DNA of 64,000 nt. Source: Candidatus Krumholzibacteriia bacterium. GTDB lineage: Bacteria > Krumholzibacteriota > Krumholzibacteriia > Krumholzibacteriales > Krumholzibacteriaceae. The translations under genes and the position numbers were made by a program. Location: contig CAWIIQ010000001.1 of the NCBI GenBank assembly GCA_963836185.1, forward strand, positions 608,001-672,000, given 5' to 3'. Positions 19,881 to 29,131 of the stretch are shown here, piece by piece. Position 1 is the first letter of the stretch. Each line of letters opens with the position of its first letter. The notes beneath the pieces are model-generated. The model was not told where the DNA came from. It made no database searches and saw only the letters and a list, made by a program, of their open reading frames with translations.

Positions 19881-20500
19881 CAGATGAACATGTCAGTCAT
19901 CAGTACGGCCAGCGTCGCAACCGCGAGAGAGGTCTTCCAGGGCAGCAGCTCTATCCCCGCGGGTAATGTCGCGGCGTCGTCACGGTATTCCCGCGGGGTC
20001 TTCCTGAGTCTGCGGTTCTCCATCATCGCCAGGACAGATCGGCATGGTGACCCCGGCCGTGCGTCGGCATCGGCGAACCGGGGGGCGATCCTGTCCGTGA
20101 TCGCCGGCTGTATGCCGGGCGATTGCTGCACGATATAGATAGCCGCGGCTATTGCGATGGCGGCAAGTCCGCCGAGTGGACCGAGCAGTGAACCTGCCGC
20201 TACCGGCGCGGCTATGTCTCTGAGAGCGATCCTGTCCATCGCGAGAAGCGGAGCGGCGACGGCGAATGCCGCGATGGCTCCGATGAGGGTCATTAAAAAC
20301 CCGCCTCCGCCGTCACGTAGTAAGTTAACGGTGGCGGAGGCGGCAACGACGATCAGGTACAAAACGGTTTCCCGTCCTGTTTCCTCTTTTCTTCGACAGA
20401 TGCGAAGAAGCGCGAATACGAAAAGGACGGCTATGAGTCTGATTATCAGCGTTTCAGTTTCCCAGATACTCACAGCTATCTCCCTCCAGGGACAGTCCAT
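19880..20500 (-). CDS. Membrane protein resembling a degenerate A24 (CpaA/TadV) prepilin peptidase
   Basis: TM pattern; D....AAGSLLG resembles GGGDVKL.AA.GA.LG; C-terminal LPW..SLAVA resembles (I/L)PY..AIA.G; adjacent to DUF192. Confidence 0.5.
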   Translation of the reverse strand: MDCPWREIAVSIWETETLIIRLIAVLFVFALLRICRRKEETGRETVLYLIVVAASATVNLLRDGGGGFLMTLIGAIAAFAVAAPLLAMDRIALRDIAAPVAAGSLLGPLGGLAAIAIAAAIYIVQQSPGIQPAITDRIAPRFADADARPGSPCRSVLAMMENRRLRKTPREYRDDAATLPAGIELLPWKTSLAVATLAVLMTDMFI

Positions 20501-20788
20501 TCGAATCCGCGTAAATATTCATTAACAAGATACATTCCACGGATTTACAGGCTGGAGACTTAGATCAGCCGGACAGCGATGATCGAATGGGGGATTGTCG
20601 TAACATGTTGACATGGAGCGGGTAGCGGGGCCTTGAATTTTCGGGCCCCGCGGCGGGAAGTGGATCCTGGCATCAGCTTTCGGTCGATGGCTCAGTCACG
20701 GGTTGGGAAATTTCACTCATGGCCGGGCGGCGGACTTCCGCCTGATGAGGGGAAATACCTACAAAGAGATCCCTGCCTTCCCCCTGTG

Positions 20789-22120
20789 TCAGGAGACGTG
20801 CTGTCCTTCCCCGTCGTTTCCAGTTGTTCCCGATGCTTCCCCGTAATACTGGAATACAGTATGGCCCTTGAAAAGTATGAACGCGATCGAGCTTCCGGTG
20901 ACCGCCGGCAGGATGTAGCTCGTTCCGAAAACAGTTATCGTCAGGGCTATCGCAGCGAGCGGGATGTTGAGTGTCGCGGACAGGAGCGCGGCCATACCGC
21001 AGGCCATGTACCCGTAGTAGGCGGCGCTCGTCGGTTCCGCGCCTGATGCTATCCCGACAAGCGCGCCGAGCGTCATGCCGATGATAATAAGGGGCCCTGT
21101 GTATCCCGCGCTCATCCCGCTGCCGACCGTGATCGAGACGAACAGTATCTTTACGAATATCACGAGGATAAATGGCAGGGCGATGTGTACAGCGAAAAGA
21201 GGTAACGAAGTGATACGTTCGATCTGACCTGAAGCGAGCCCCCTGTAGAGCTCAGGTGATGTTCTCAGCGCCCACTGAAGGCCGAAGTAGACCGCGGCCG
21301 ACATTATTACCGCGGCCGTGACTACCTGCATCGGCTGCCTGCCGGGGAGCTTGCGGAAGAGCGATGTCGAATGCCTGACTGCGAAGATGAAGAGCATGCC
21401 TGTCAGTCCGCTCGCTATCGCGGTCACCGGGAGCCAGATGACCTGAAGCGCGGATAACTCGATGCTCGGAGTGTTGATGACGAAGAACGGCTCCTCGCCG
21501 AGCAGGATGCTCGAGGTGATGTATGATACGACCGCCGACAGGAGGGCGACGATCAGGTAAGAGTATTTCAGGGATTCGCGCTGCAGGACCTCGGAGGCAT
21601 AGAGGCCCGCCGCCAGGGGAGCGTGGAATATCGCGCTGATGGCTCCGCTCACTCCGCATATCGCTCCGACGGTCAGGTCGTCGTCCCTTTTATAGTTGCT
21701 CAGGCTTACAGTTCGGCCGACGAGCCAGCTTCCCGCTCCGCCGCAAATGCGGGCAAGGGGGCCGACGATGCCGCCGCTTCCTGCCATCGCCAGGGTGATG
21801 ATCGTCACCGGAAACCTCAGTATCGTCGAGAGCAGGTCGAGTTTCCCGCCGCGGATGTTGACCGCGGTGATGTAGAACTGGACGCCTTCGCCTCCGGCCG
21901 AGGGGTGTTTCCTCAGTATCAGAAGGCCGACAAGCGCCGCCGCGAAGAAGGGGAGAAGCATCCTGTTCCGGGTTCCAAGCGAGTCGGTAAAACTCATGGC
22001 CGTGTCGAGACACCAGTCGAACAGGGCGACGATGAGCGCCGCCGCGACTCCTGTGACTATTGCTATGGTCAGGGTCCGTATTGTGTGCCGAAAAGTTCTT
22101 CCCTCATCATCTTTCATCAC
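20789..22120 (-). CDS. ClC-family chloride channel/transporter-like protein
   Basis: GGEGV, GSGGIVGP, AIFHAPLAA.L.A.E, KILFVSITVGSGMSAGYTGP. Confidence 0.88.
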   Translation of the reverse strand: MMKDDEGRTFRHTIRTLTIAIVTGVAAALIVALFDWCLDTAMSFTDSLGTRNRMLLPFFAAALVGLLILRKHPSAGGEGVQFYITAVNIRGGKLDLLSTILRFPVTIITLAMAGSGGIVGPLARICGGAGSWLVGRTVSLSNYKRDDDLTVGAICGVSGAISAIFHAPLAAGLYASEVLQRESLKYSYLIVALLSAVVSYITSSILLGEEPFFVINTPSIELSALQVIWLPVTAIASGLTGMLFIFAVRHSTSLFRKLPGRQPMQVVTAAVIMSAAVYFGLQWALRTSPELYRGLASGQIERITSLPLFAVHIALPFILVIFVKILFVSITVGSGMSAGYTGPLIIIGMTLGALVGIASGAEPTSAAYYGYMACGMAALLSATLNIPLAAIALTITVFGTSYILPAVTGSSIAFILFKGHTVFQYYGEASGTTGNDGEGQHVS

Positions 22121-23190
22121 CGTGCGGTATCTCCTTCGACGAGGCGTCTGAATTCCATTTCGGCTCTTTCCATGTTGGGAAGCCAGAGCCCCCGCTGCTC
22201 AACTGTCGCTGCTGCTTCTTCTCTCATCGAATCGGCCAGGACGGGATCCTCGTGGAGGCTTAGCAACGCCCCTGCAAGTGCCGCGTCGTCTCCGGTTCGA
22301 AAGAGTATGCCGCTGATGCCGTCGCGAATCCATTCCCTGTTCGCCGCGAGATCGGTCACAACAGGCACCGGACCGCAGGCCATCGCTTCGAGAAGCGAGA
22401 CAGAAGTAGAATCCGAACCGGAGGTGGAGACGTAGATGTCGGCTTTTTTAAGTTCAGCGGCTATTCTGGCCGGGTCGAGCCTGCCTGTGAAGGTGACGCT
22501 GCCGCTGATGCCCAGGTCGGCCGCGCTCTTCTCAAGCTCGCCGCGGCCGGGGCCGTGGCCGCATATTACGAGCCGGGCCTCTGTTTTTTCCAGCAATCCC
22601 ACAAAGGCGGCCAGCAGGGTCTTAAGGTCGTAGACAGGGTAGAGGTTTCTCGTACTGACGATCCTCAGGGGGCCGCTTCCCTGCTGTGTCCGGCCTTCCC
22701 TGTTGAATATGGAAGGGTCGATACCGAAGTATATCTCCACTATCCTCGATGGCTCCACTCCCGCGTGTTCGACGGCGTCAGAGAGCGATTCGGCGTCTGT
22801 CGTAACGAGCGACGCCCTCTTGAGGGCGTACTGGATCTGAAGCCTGTGCGCGAAAGATGACGGGTAGTCTACGAGCATGTCGGAGCCTATCGTCGACACG
22901 ACGAGGGGGCGGTAGCTCGATTGAGCGCCTATGAAACCGTATCCGCCTGCGTAGATCGCGTTGACGATATCGGGTCCGAACGACTCGAGTTCCTTCTTGA
23001 CCGCGCCGAGAGCGGCCGCGTAACCGGCAAGCTTCGTGGGAAGGAATTTCCTGAGGCGCCTTGCGGGGAATGTGCATCCGGTGACATCCTCGAAGGAGAT
23101 AAGCAGAACGTCATGTCCCCTGTCGTGAAAGTAACCTGCCCACCGGCGGACGTGTCCGAGAGAGCCGTCGCCGAGAAACGCTATTCGCAT
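22117..23190 (-). CDS. Glycosyltransferase family 4
   Basis: GSD, STRNLYPVYD, ADIYVSTS.SD..VSLLEAMACG.VPVVTD. Confidence 0.92.
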   Translation of the reverse strand: MRIAFLGDGSLGHVRRWAGYFHDRGHDVLLISFEDVTGCTFPARRLRKFLPTKLAGYAAALGAVKKELESFGPDIVNAIYAGGYGFIGAQSSYRPLVVSTIGSDMLVDYPSSFAHRLQIQYALKRASLVTTDAESLSDAVEHAGVEPSRIVEIYFGIDPSIFNREGRTQQGSGPLRIVSTRNLYPVYDLKTLLAAFVGLLEKTEARLVICGHGPGRGELEKSAADLGISGSVTFTGRLDPARIAAELKKADIYVSTSGSDSTSVSLLEAMACGPVPVVTDLAANREWIRDGISGILFRTGDDAALAGALLSLHEDPVLADSMREEAAATVEQRGLWLPNMERAEMEFRRLVEGDTAR

Positions 23191-23221
23191 TATCATCCTT
23201 TCCCGCGATACCTGCTGCCCG

Positions 23222-24760
23222 TCAGCCGGGAAGATGGATCGGAGCGTCAGGGCCGACAGGCAGCCCTAACAGCATCCACGCTGCCAGCAGAATGGTCCAT
23301 ACTACCCCGATTATGATCGTATACGGGAGCATCGTTGCGGTGATCGTCCCTATTCCGTATTTCTCATCGTACTTCTGCGCGAAGGCAACGATCAGTGCGA
23401 AGTAACTCATCATCGGGGTGATGATGTTTGTGATCGAGTCACCGATCCTGAACGCCGCCTGAGTTATTCCGGGGTGATATCCGACGAGCATGAACATCGG
23501 GACGAAGACCGGAGCCATGATCGCCCACTTGGCCGACGCGCTTCCCATGAAGAGATTGATAAAGGCCGAGAGGATCACGAACGCGACGAGGAGCATCACA
23601 CCGGTGAAGCCGATGCTGCCGAGGAACTCGGCGCCCCTTATCGCCATGAGCACTCCTATATTGCTGTATTTGAAATAGTAGACGAACTGTGCCGCGAAAA
23701 ATACGATGACGATATAACCCGAAAGGCCCTGCATCGATTTCGACATGAACTTGATGATCTGCTTGTCGCTGCTTATCGTGCCGACGGCGATACCGTAGGC
23801 TGTGCCCGGGATGATAAAGAAGATCATGATCGCTGTGATCAGGCCGCTCATGAAGGGGGAGCGCAGAAGCGATCCGGTCTCGGGATTCCTCAGGAGCGCT
23901 CCCTCGGGAATCGTGAGCAGGGCGAGGATCACGACGAAGACCGCGACCGAGCCGCCGGCCCAGGCGAGCCCCTTGCGCTCGTTGGGCGATACCTTCTCGA
24001 AATCCTCGATCTCGCCCTCATACTTCCCGAGCCTCGGCTCTACGATCCTCTCGGTGACGATCGTGCCGATTATGACGATCATGGAGGCGGAGGCGAGCAT
24101 GAAGTAGTAGTTGACCGCCGGGGATATATGCATCTCGGGGTCGATGATCTGGGCGGCTGATTCGGTAAGGCCGGCGAGGATAGGGTCGATCGACCCTATC
24201 AGGAAGTTCGCTCCGAATCCTCCCGACACTCCCAGGAATGCAGCTGCCAGACCGGCTATCGGATGCCTTTTGAACGCAGCGAATATCATCGCCCCCAGGG
24301 GGATCAGCACTACGTACCCGGCGCTCGAGGCGAGGTGGGAGAGGATCCCCGCCGCGATCACAGCCGCCGTTATCATCCTGGGCGGGGCGCTTGTTACGAG
24401 GTGGCGCAGCAGCGCGGAGATCAGGCCCGAGCCTTCCGCGACGCCGATACCGATCATCGCTACGAGCACGATGCCGAGCGGAGGGAAATGAACGAAGTTA
24501 CTGGTCATCTCCGTCCACATGAACCGGAAGCCTTCGGCAGAGATCATGTTGACCGCCATGATAGTCTCTCCGGTCCCGGGGTGGACGGCGGTGACGCCGG
24601 CCCTCGCTATCAGCCATGAGGCTATCGCGATCATGAACGCGAATATGGCGAAGAGGGTCGCGGGATGCGGGAGCTTGTTGCCCACCTTCTCGACCCCGTC
24701 GAGAAATCGCATCATGGCGGATCTCTTCACGGTAGCGGCATTGCCGTTGCCTTCGGTCAT
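23222..24760 (-). CDS. abgT: AbgT-family transporter
   Basis: FLDGVEKVGNKLPHP, FPPLG, SASAKWAIMAPVFVPM, RIGDSITNIITP. Confidence 0.93.
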   Translation of the reverse strand: MTEGNGNAATVKRSAMMRFLDGVEKVGNKLPHPATLFAIFAFMIAIASWLIARAGVTAVHPGTGETIMAVNMISAEGFRFMWTEMTSNFVHFPPLGIVLVAMIGIGVAEGSGLISALLRHLVTSAPPRMITAAVIAAGILSHLASSAGYVVLIPLGAMIFAAFKRHPIAGLAAAFLGVSGGFGANFLIGSIDPILAGLTESAAQIIDPEMHISPAVNYYFMLASASMIVIIGTIVTERIVEPRLGKYEGEIEDFEKVSPNERKGLAWAGGSVAVFVVILALLTIPEGALLRNPETGSLLRSPFMSGLITAIMIFFIIPGTAYGIAVGTISSDKQIIKFMSKSMQGLSGYIVIVFFAAQFVYYFKYSNIGVLMAIRGAEFLGSIGFTGVMLLVAFVILSAFINLFMGSASAKWAIMAPVFVPMFMLVGYHPGITQAAFRIGDSITNIITPMMSYFALIVAFAQKYDEKYGIGTITATMLPYTIIIGVVWTILLAAWMLLGLPVGPDAPIHLPG

Positions 24761-24775
24761 CGTCAATCCTCTCTG

Positions 24776-25189
24776 TCAGAACTCTCCGCCGGCGGTAGCT
24801 TTGACCAGCGTTCCATACTTTATGCCTTTCATGGAGATCATCTCGTCCGCGAAATCCCTCACCTCTCCGGCTTTCCCGCGGATCACCTTGACCTCGAGAC
24901 AGGTGTCGTGGTCGAGATGGAGATGGAGGGTCGAAAGAATACTGCCCTCCCAGTGGTGCTCCTTCTTCAGGAGCCGTGACGAGAGCTCGCGTTTGTGATG
25001 ATCGAATACTATGACCAGTACGCCGATGATCTCTCCCGATGTATCGGTCCACTCATCGTCGACGATCGTCTTTCTCACCAGGTCGCGGATCGCCTCGGAC
25101 CTGTTTGGATATCCCTTGTCCCGGACCATGGTGTCCAGCTTTTCAAGAAGGATGTCATCCATGGAGACTCCGAACCTTGTAGTGCTCAT
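24776..25189 (-). CDS. nikR: Nickel-responsive regulator NikR
   Basis: RHH domain RFGVSM..GY.NRSEAIRDL; Ni-binding EH...LHLHL...CLEV. Confidence 0.93.
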   Translation of the reverse strand: MSTTRFGVSMDDILLEKLDTMVRDKGYPNRSEAIRDLVRKTIVDDEWTDTSGEIIGVLVIVFDHHKRELSSRLLKKEHHWEGSILSTLHLHLDHDTCLEVKVIRGKAGEVRDFADEMISMKGIKYGTLVKATAGGEF

Positions 25190-25327
25190 CTGAGACCTTT
25201 CGCGTTATTCGAGGTTTCGTCGGACAGGATGACGTTAAGAGAGAAGCTGTCCGCAGGTCAACCGGATTCGAGAGCCTGGAAAGAGACGGTTGATAGCAGC
25301 GGGCCCGCTGATGTAAGTTTCGCGGTG

Positions 25328-26035
25328 ATGGAAACACCAGAGAGCATCAAGGCGGGAACGATCAGGAAGGTCTACGAACTTCTCCTCGCGGAGTACGGGA
25401 GACAGGGATGGTGGCCCGTGACGAGGCGCAAGGGAGGGGAGCCGGAATATCTCGGCGGACCCGTTGACAGCCGCGGGAGATTCGAGGTGGCCGTAGGGGC
25501 CGTGCTCACTCAGAACACAGCGTGGGAAAACGCGGCAAAAGCCATTTCCGCGCTCTCCGCGGCTGATATGATCGATCCGGCCAGCCTCGCCGCTGCCCGG
25601 CACGAAGATGTGGCCATCCTGGTCCGCAGCTCGGGCTACTACAACCAGAAGGCACGCCGCCTCGGGATACTTGCCCGCTATTTTCTCGATATCGGAGACG
25701 GCATTCCCGACCGGGAGTCGCTTCTGGCCCTCGAGGGAGTAGGCCCCGAGACAGCCGATTCAATACTGTTATATGCCTTTTCGCTTACTTTTTTTGTTGT
25801 GGATGCCTATACAAAAAGGTTATTTTCGAGACTGGGTGTCATAAGGGGTGACGAAAGTCACGACCGGGTCAGGGACCTTTTCGAGGAAAGCCTCGAAAGG
25901 ACTCCGGAAATCTACAACGAGTACCACGCGCTTATCGTTGCCCAGTGCAAACGAAAGTGCCTGCGCGCTCCGGTCTGTGACGAATGCCCCGTTTCGGCCC
26001 TGTGTGCATCCGACAGCTCACGCGGGGAGGGATAG
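25328..26035 (+). CDS. Endonuclease III-related HhH-GPD protein with 4Fe-4S motif
   Basis: QGWWP, GAVLTQNTAW, GVGPETADSI, VVDAY, CKRKC....CDEC; start approximate. Confidence 0.9.
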   Translation: METPESIKAGTIRKVYELLLAEYGRQGWWPVTRRKGGEPEYLGGPVDSRGRFEVAVGAVLTQNTAWENAAKAISALSAADMIDPASLAAARHEDVAILVRSSGYYNQKARRLGILARYFLDIGDGIPDRESLLALEGVGPETADSILLYAFSLTFFVVDAYTKRLFSRLGVIRGDESHDRVRDLFEESLERTPEIYNEYHALIVAQCKRKCLRAPVCDECPVSALCASDSSRGEG

Positions 26036-26114
26036 TTTCTTTGCTCCGCCGACATATGACGATCCGGCGATGGGCCGCGACTCGCCGCACGCCTGCCGGG
26101 AAGTCGGGATGGTA

Positions 26115-26156
26115 TCAAGAATTATTATTGACTTGGTCGCTGTTTGTTCGTAACTT
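26115..26156 (+). promoter_or_regulatory. Sigma70-type promoter overlapped by a Per/Fur-like box
   Basis: TTGACT-17 bp-TAACTT; palindrome TCAAGAAT-T-ATTATTGA (26115-26131) overlaps the -35. Confidence 0.6.
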
Positions 26157-26203
26157 GACAGTACGCAAAGGATTAACACAGCCGGTGGGGATAGGAGCAG
26201 AAG

Positions 26204-26620
26204 ATGCATTCATTTGAGACGACAATAGGAAGGCTTAGAACCGAAGGCTTCAAATTGACACCACAGCGTCTGTCGGTCATTCGCTACCTGATCGGGAACA
26301 AGACCCATCCGACAGCCGCAGTCATCTACAAGGACCTGAAGAAGAAATACCCCAGTCTTTCATTTTCCACGGTCTACAACACGCTGAACATGCTCGAGAA
26401 GATCGGCGAGGTGCAGCCGCTGCATCTCTTCGACGATTTTCTCAATTACGATCCTGATACCGGTTCCCACTACCATTTTGTCTGCGGGAGCTGCAACAGT
26501 ATTATTGACATTTTCCCGCGGGACGGTGAGAATGTATCACTGCCGGAAGGCGATATCTCGGGGAACAGGATCGAATCGGCGCAGATCGTTTTCAAGGGTA
26601 CGTGCAGAAACTGTCTCTAG
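26204..26620 (+). CDS. perR: Fur-family peroxide regulator (PerR-like)
   Basis: TPQR, HPTA, STVYNTL, YD....HYHFVCxxC..IIDI, CxxC; rubrerythrin/rubredoxin neighbours. Confidence 0.82.
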   Translation: MHSFETTIGRLRTEGFKLTPQRLSVIRYLIGNKTHPTAAVIYKDLKKKYPSLSFSTVYNTLNMLEKIGEVQPLHLFDDFLNYDPDTGSHYHFVCGSCNSIIDIFPRDGENVSLPEGDISGNRIESAQIVFKGTCRNCL

Positions 26621-26739
26621 GGGGCAGCGGCGCAAAAGAACAATCTGATTGAGGCGGCGTGCTCGCCGCCTCGATTCTTTTCAGAGCGGAATAAATCGGA
26701 TATTGAAATCATGGCGGCTGGTGGAAGGCGGACCGGGCA

Positions 26740-27735
26740 GTGAGCATCGATGAACGTGAAGAGATCCTGAAGGTCCTCTCGGGTGCGATCATCCGCGAGA
26801 CAAACGCGTTCAACTTCTACTCCAAGGGGAGCGAGAACGAGCACATACCGGCAGGCGCCAAGGGCCTTCTCTCGAGGCTGGCCGCGGAAGAAAGGGTCCA
26901 CAGGCAGCTCCTTGTAAACGAGTACCGGGCTATCGAGAAGGGTTGGAACGGCGCGCCCGGCGAGGAAGGCGAGCCGGCCCTTTCCTTCGAAATACCCGAC
27001 GATCCTTCATTTACTCCTCTTGAACTCAGCGAAGCCCTCGAAGCGATAGCTCTGACCCTGCCGAGCAGGCTGGTCGGGGGCGACAGTATATTCTCCAGGG
27101 TCATAAGGGATCACTCCGGAATCGCCAGAGGCACTCTCCTCCTGTTTTACGACGCGATGGGGCACAGCATGAAGACTACGGAGATCAACGCCCTGGCGGC
27201 CAGAGCAGTCGGCGAGTATATCGACTCTGTCTCTCTGTCGAAGATGGAAACCGAGATGCTGAGCCCCAAAAAGATAGTATCCCTGCTCAACGAGAAGATC
27301 GCCGAGAAATACGAGGGTGAGGGGATATTCCTCACCGTTCTCTGCGTCCTCTTCGATTGCGGCAACGGGACGCTGACATATACAAGTGCCGGACATGAGC
27401 CCCCGTTCGTAGTAGACGCTTCGGGCAAGGCATCTTCGCTCCTGCAGACCCAGCTGATAGCGGGGATCGATCCCGCCTTTCATTACAGGGAGCACTCGAT
27501 GCCGCTGAATCCGGGCGATATCTTCTGCGTGTTCTCCGACGGGATAGTAGAGGCGGAGAATGAGGATCAGGAGATCTACGGCCGCAGCGGGATATCGAAG
27601 ATACTCGAGGATACCCGTGGCGGAACGCCCGGCGATATCGTTGCCGGCATTCTCTCCGGCCTGAAGGAACATCTCGGCGGTCAGCCGCTGAAGGACGAGG
27701 TCTCGATCATTGTCGTAAAGCTGAAGGGAGAGTGA
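26740..27735 (+). CDS. Half ferritin/rubrerythrin domain fused to a SpoIIE/RsbU-type PP2C phosphatase
   Basis: N-term AIIRE..AFNFY...LAAEERVH; C-term VGGD, DAMGH, SAGHEPP, FSDGIVE, KDEVSIIVV. Confidence 0.85.
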   Translation: MSIDEREEILKVLSGAIIRETNAFNFYSKGSENEHIPAGAKGLLSRLAAEERVHRQLLVNEYRAIEKGWNGAPGEEGEPALSFEIPDDPSFTPLELSEALEAIALTLPSRLVGGDSIFSRVIRDHSGIARGTLLLFYDAMGHSMKTTEINALAARAVGEYIDSVSLSKMETEMLSPKKIVSLLNEKIAEKYEGEGIFLTVLCVLFDCGNGTLTYTSAGHEPPFVVDASGKASSLLQTQLIAGIDPAFHYREHSMPLNPGDIFCVFSDGIVEAENEDQEIYGRSGISKILEDTRGGTPGDIVAGILSGLKEHLGGQPLKDEVSIIVVKLKGE

Positions 27736-27738
27736 GCT

Positions 27739-28224
27739 TTGTCGCACCACACTCTTAAGGACGCCATCTCGAGGGCGATATACGCCGAGATAGGAGCGAT
27801 GAACTTCTACTCGCGGATGGCGGCGAAGATCGATAACGAAGAGGGCAGCAGCAGGTTCGAGCAGCTGTCCGGGGACGAGAAGGGCCACAGGGATACGCTG
27901 AAGGGCTGGTATTCGCGGCTCTTCGAGACCGAATTCGTCGAGGATGAACAGGTGATAAAGAGCTCGGAGATCGGTGACATCGAGATCCGCGGGGAGGCCG
28001 GCGCGATCGAGGCACTCGATATCGCGATCGAGGCCGAGTCGAAAGCGAACGACTTTTACCTGGCCGAGGCGGAGAAGGCCGAGGATCCCGAGTTGAAAAA
28101 GATGTTCGAATCTCTTGCGCTGCAGGAAAAAGGACATTACGATCTGCTTACAGCGGAAAAGAATGCACTTACCGGGGGATTCTACTGGTTCGACATGGAC
28201 CAGTCAGGATTCCTGGAGGATTGA
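27739..28224 (+). CDS. Rubrerythrin/ferritin-like diiron protein
   Basis: Two E..FY / ExxH helix pairs (DEKGH, QEKGH). Confidence 0.9.
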   Translation: MSHHTLKDAISRAIYAEIGAMNFYSRMAAKIDNEEGSSRFEQLSGDEKGHRDTLKGWYSRLFETEFVEDEQVIKSSEIGDIEIRGEAGAIEALDIAIEAESKANDFYLAEAEKAEDPELKKMFESLALQEKGHYDLLTAEKNALTGGFYWFDMDQSGFLED

Positions 28225-28236
28225 AAGGAGCGAGGC

Positions 28237-28401
28237 ATGAAGAAGATGTATGTATGCGATATCTGCGGATATATCTATGATCCCGATCTCGGCGATCCTG
28301 ATGCAGGGATCGAGCCCGGGATGTCCTTCAAGGACCTTCCCGATGACTGGGTATGTCCCGACTGTGGCGCCGGCAAAGAGGATTTCTCACCTGCCGACTG
28401 A
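28237..28401 (+). CDS. Rubredoxin (54 aa)
   Basis: Manual translation [54 protein letters not shown]; AAAGGAG SD; missed by the ORF track. Confidence 0.97.
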   Translation: MKKMYVCDICGYIYDPDLGDPDAGIEPGMSFKDLPDDWVCPDCGAGKEDFSPAD

Positions 28402-28451
28402 CGCTGTACGGCTTATGGTAAAGAGAACGATTGTCCACGGGAGGACTATGA

Positions 28452-28955
28452 ATGGGTATTTCCTTTAACGCCGACGAAGTCTTCGAGATGGGGATGGATA
28501 TCGAGCAGAACGGCGAGGCCTACTATCGCAAGGCAGGCGAACTGACCGAGGATCCCGAGATCAAGAAGATCTTCGAGGAACTGATGACCGCCGAGCAGGC
28601 GCACTACGAGACATTCAAGAAGCTGCGGGAGAATCTTCCCGCGAAGGACACGGCTCCCCTGGTCTCCGACCCCGATGACCAGGGATATCTCTACCTCGAT
28701 GCTCTCGTGAAATCGAGGCTGTTCAACTCTGTCCGCGAGGCGGAGGAAGTCGTCTCGAAGACATCCGGACCGATCGAGGCGCTCCAGGGCGCTCTGACAT
28801 TCGAGAAGGATACGATCCTCTTTTTCACCGAGATGAAAGGGCGGACGAGGGAGGATCTCGGCAAGACCGAGATCGACCGGCTCATCGCGGAGGAGAGGGA
28901 GCATATAATCTGGATCTCCGGCATGATCAAGAAGATCAGGGAACGTGAAGCCTGA
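28452..28955 (+). CDS. Rubrerythrin/ferritin-like protein
   Basis: IEQNG..YY, AEQAH, FEKDTILFF, EEREH. Confidence 0.9.
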   Translation: MGISFNADEVFEMGMDIEQNGEAYYRKAGELTEDPEIKKIFEELMTAEQAHYETFKKLRENLPAKDTAPLVSDPDDQGYLYLDALVKSRLFNSVREAEEVVSKTSGPIEALQGALTFEKDTILFFTEMKGRTREDLGKTEIDRLIAEEREHIIWISGMIKKIREREA

Positions 28956-28985
28956 TCCTGCTCCTGTATCCCGGACTGACCTTTC

Positions 28986-29017
28986 AGGGCGCGCCTCAGC
29001 GGCGCGCCCTTTCTTTA
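28986..29017 (+). terminator. Rho-independent terminator
   Basis: AGGGCGCGCC-TCAGC-GGCGCGCCCT followed by TTCTTT. Confidence 0.8.
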
Positions 29018-29131
29018 TGCCCCCGAAAAATGTGAACGTTTCTTGCCTGTATCCCACCGCGGAGGTTTCAGCGCCGAAAAGCGCAAGAAATCCGGCCCGT
29101 GGTGCAGAGTATTTTTCCATGCGGGGAGAGT

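Noticed and set aside
28250-28468. ORF-track 72-aa protein
   Set aside because: Wrong frame; the real gene is the 54-aa rubredoxin at 28237-28401.
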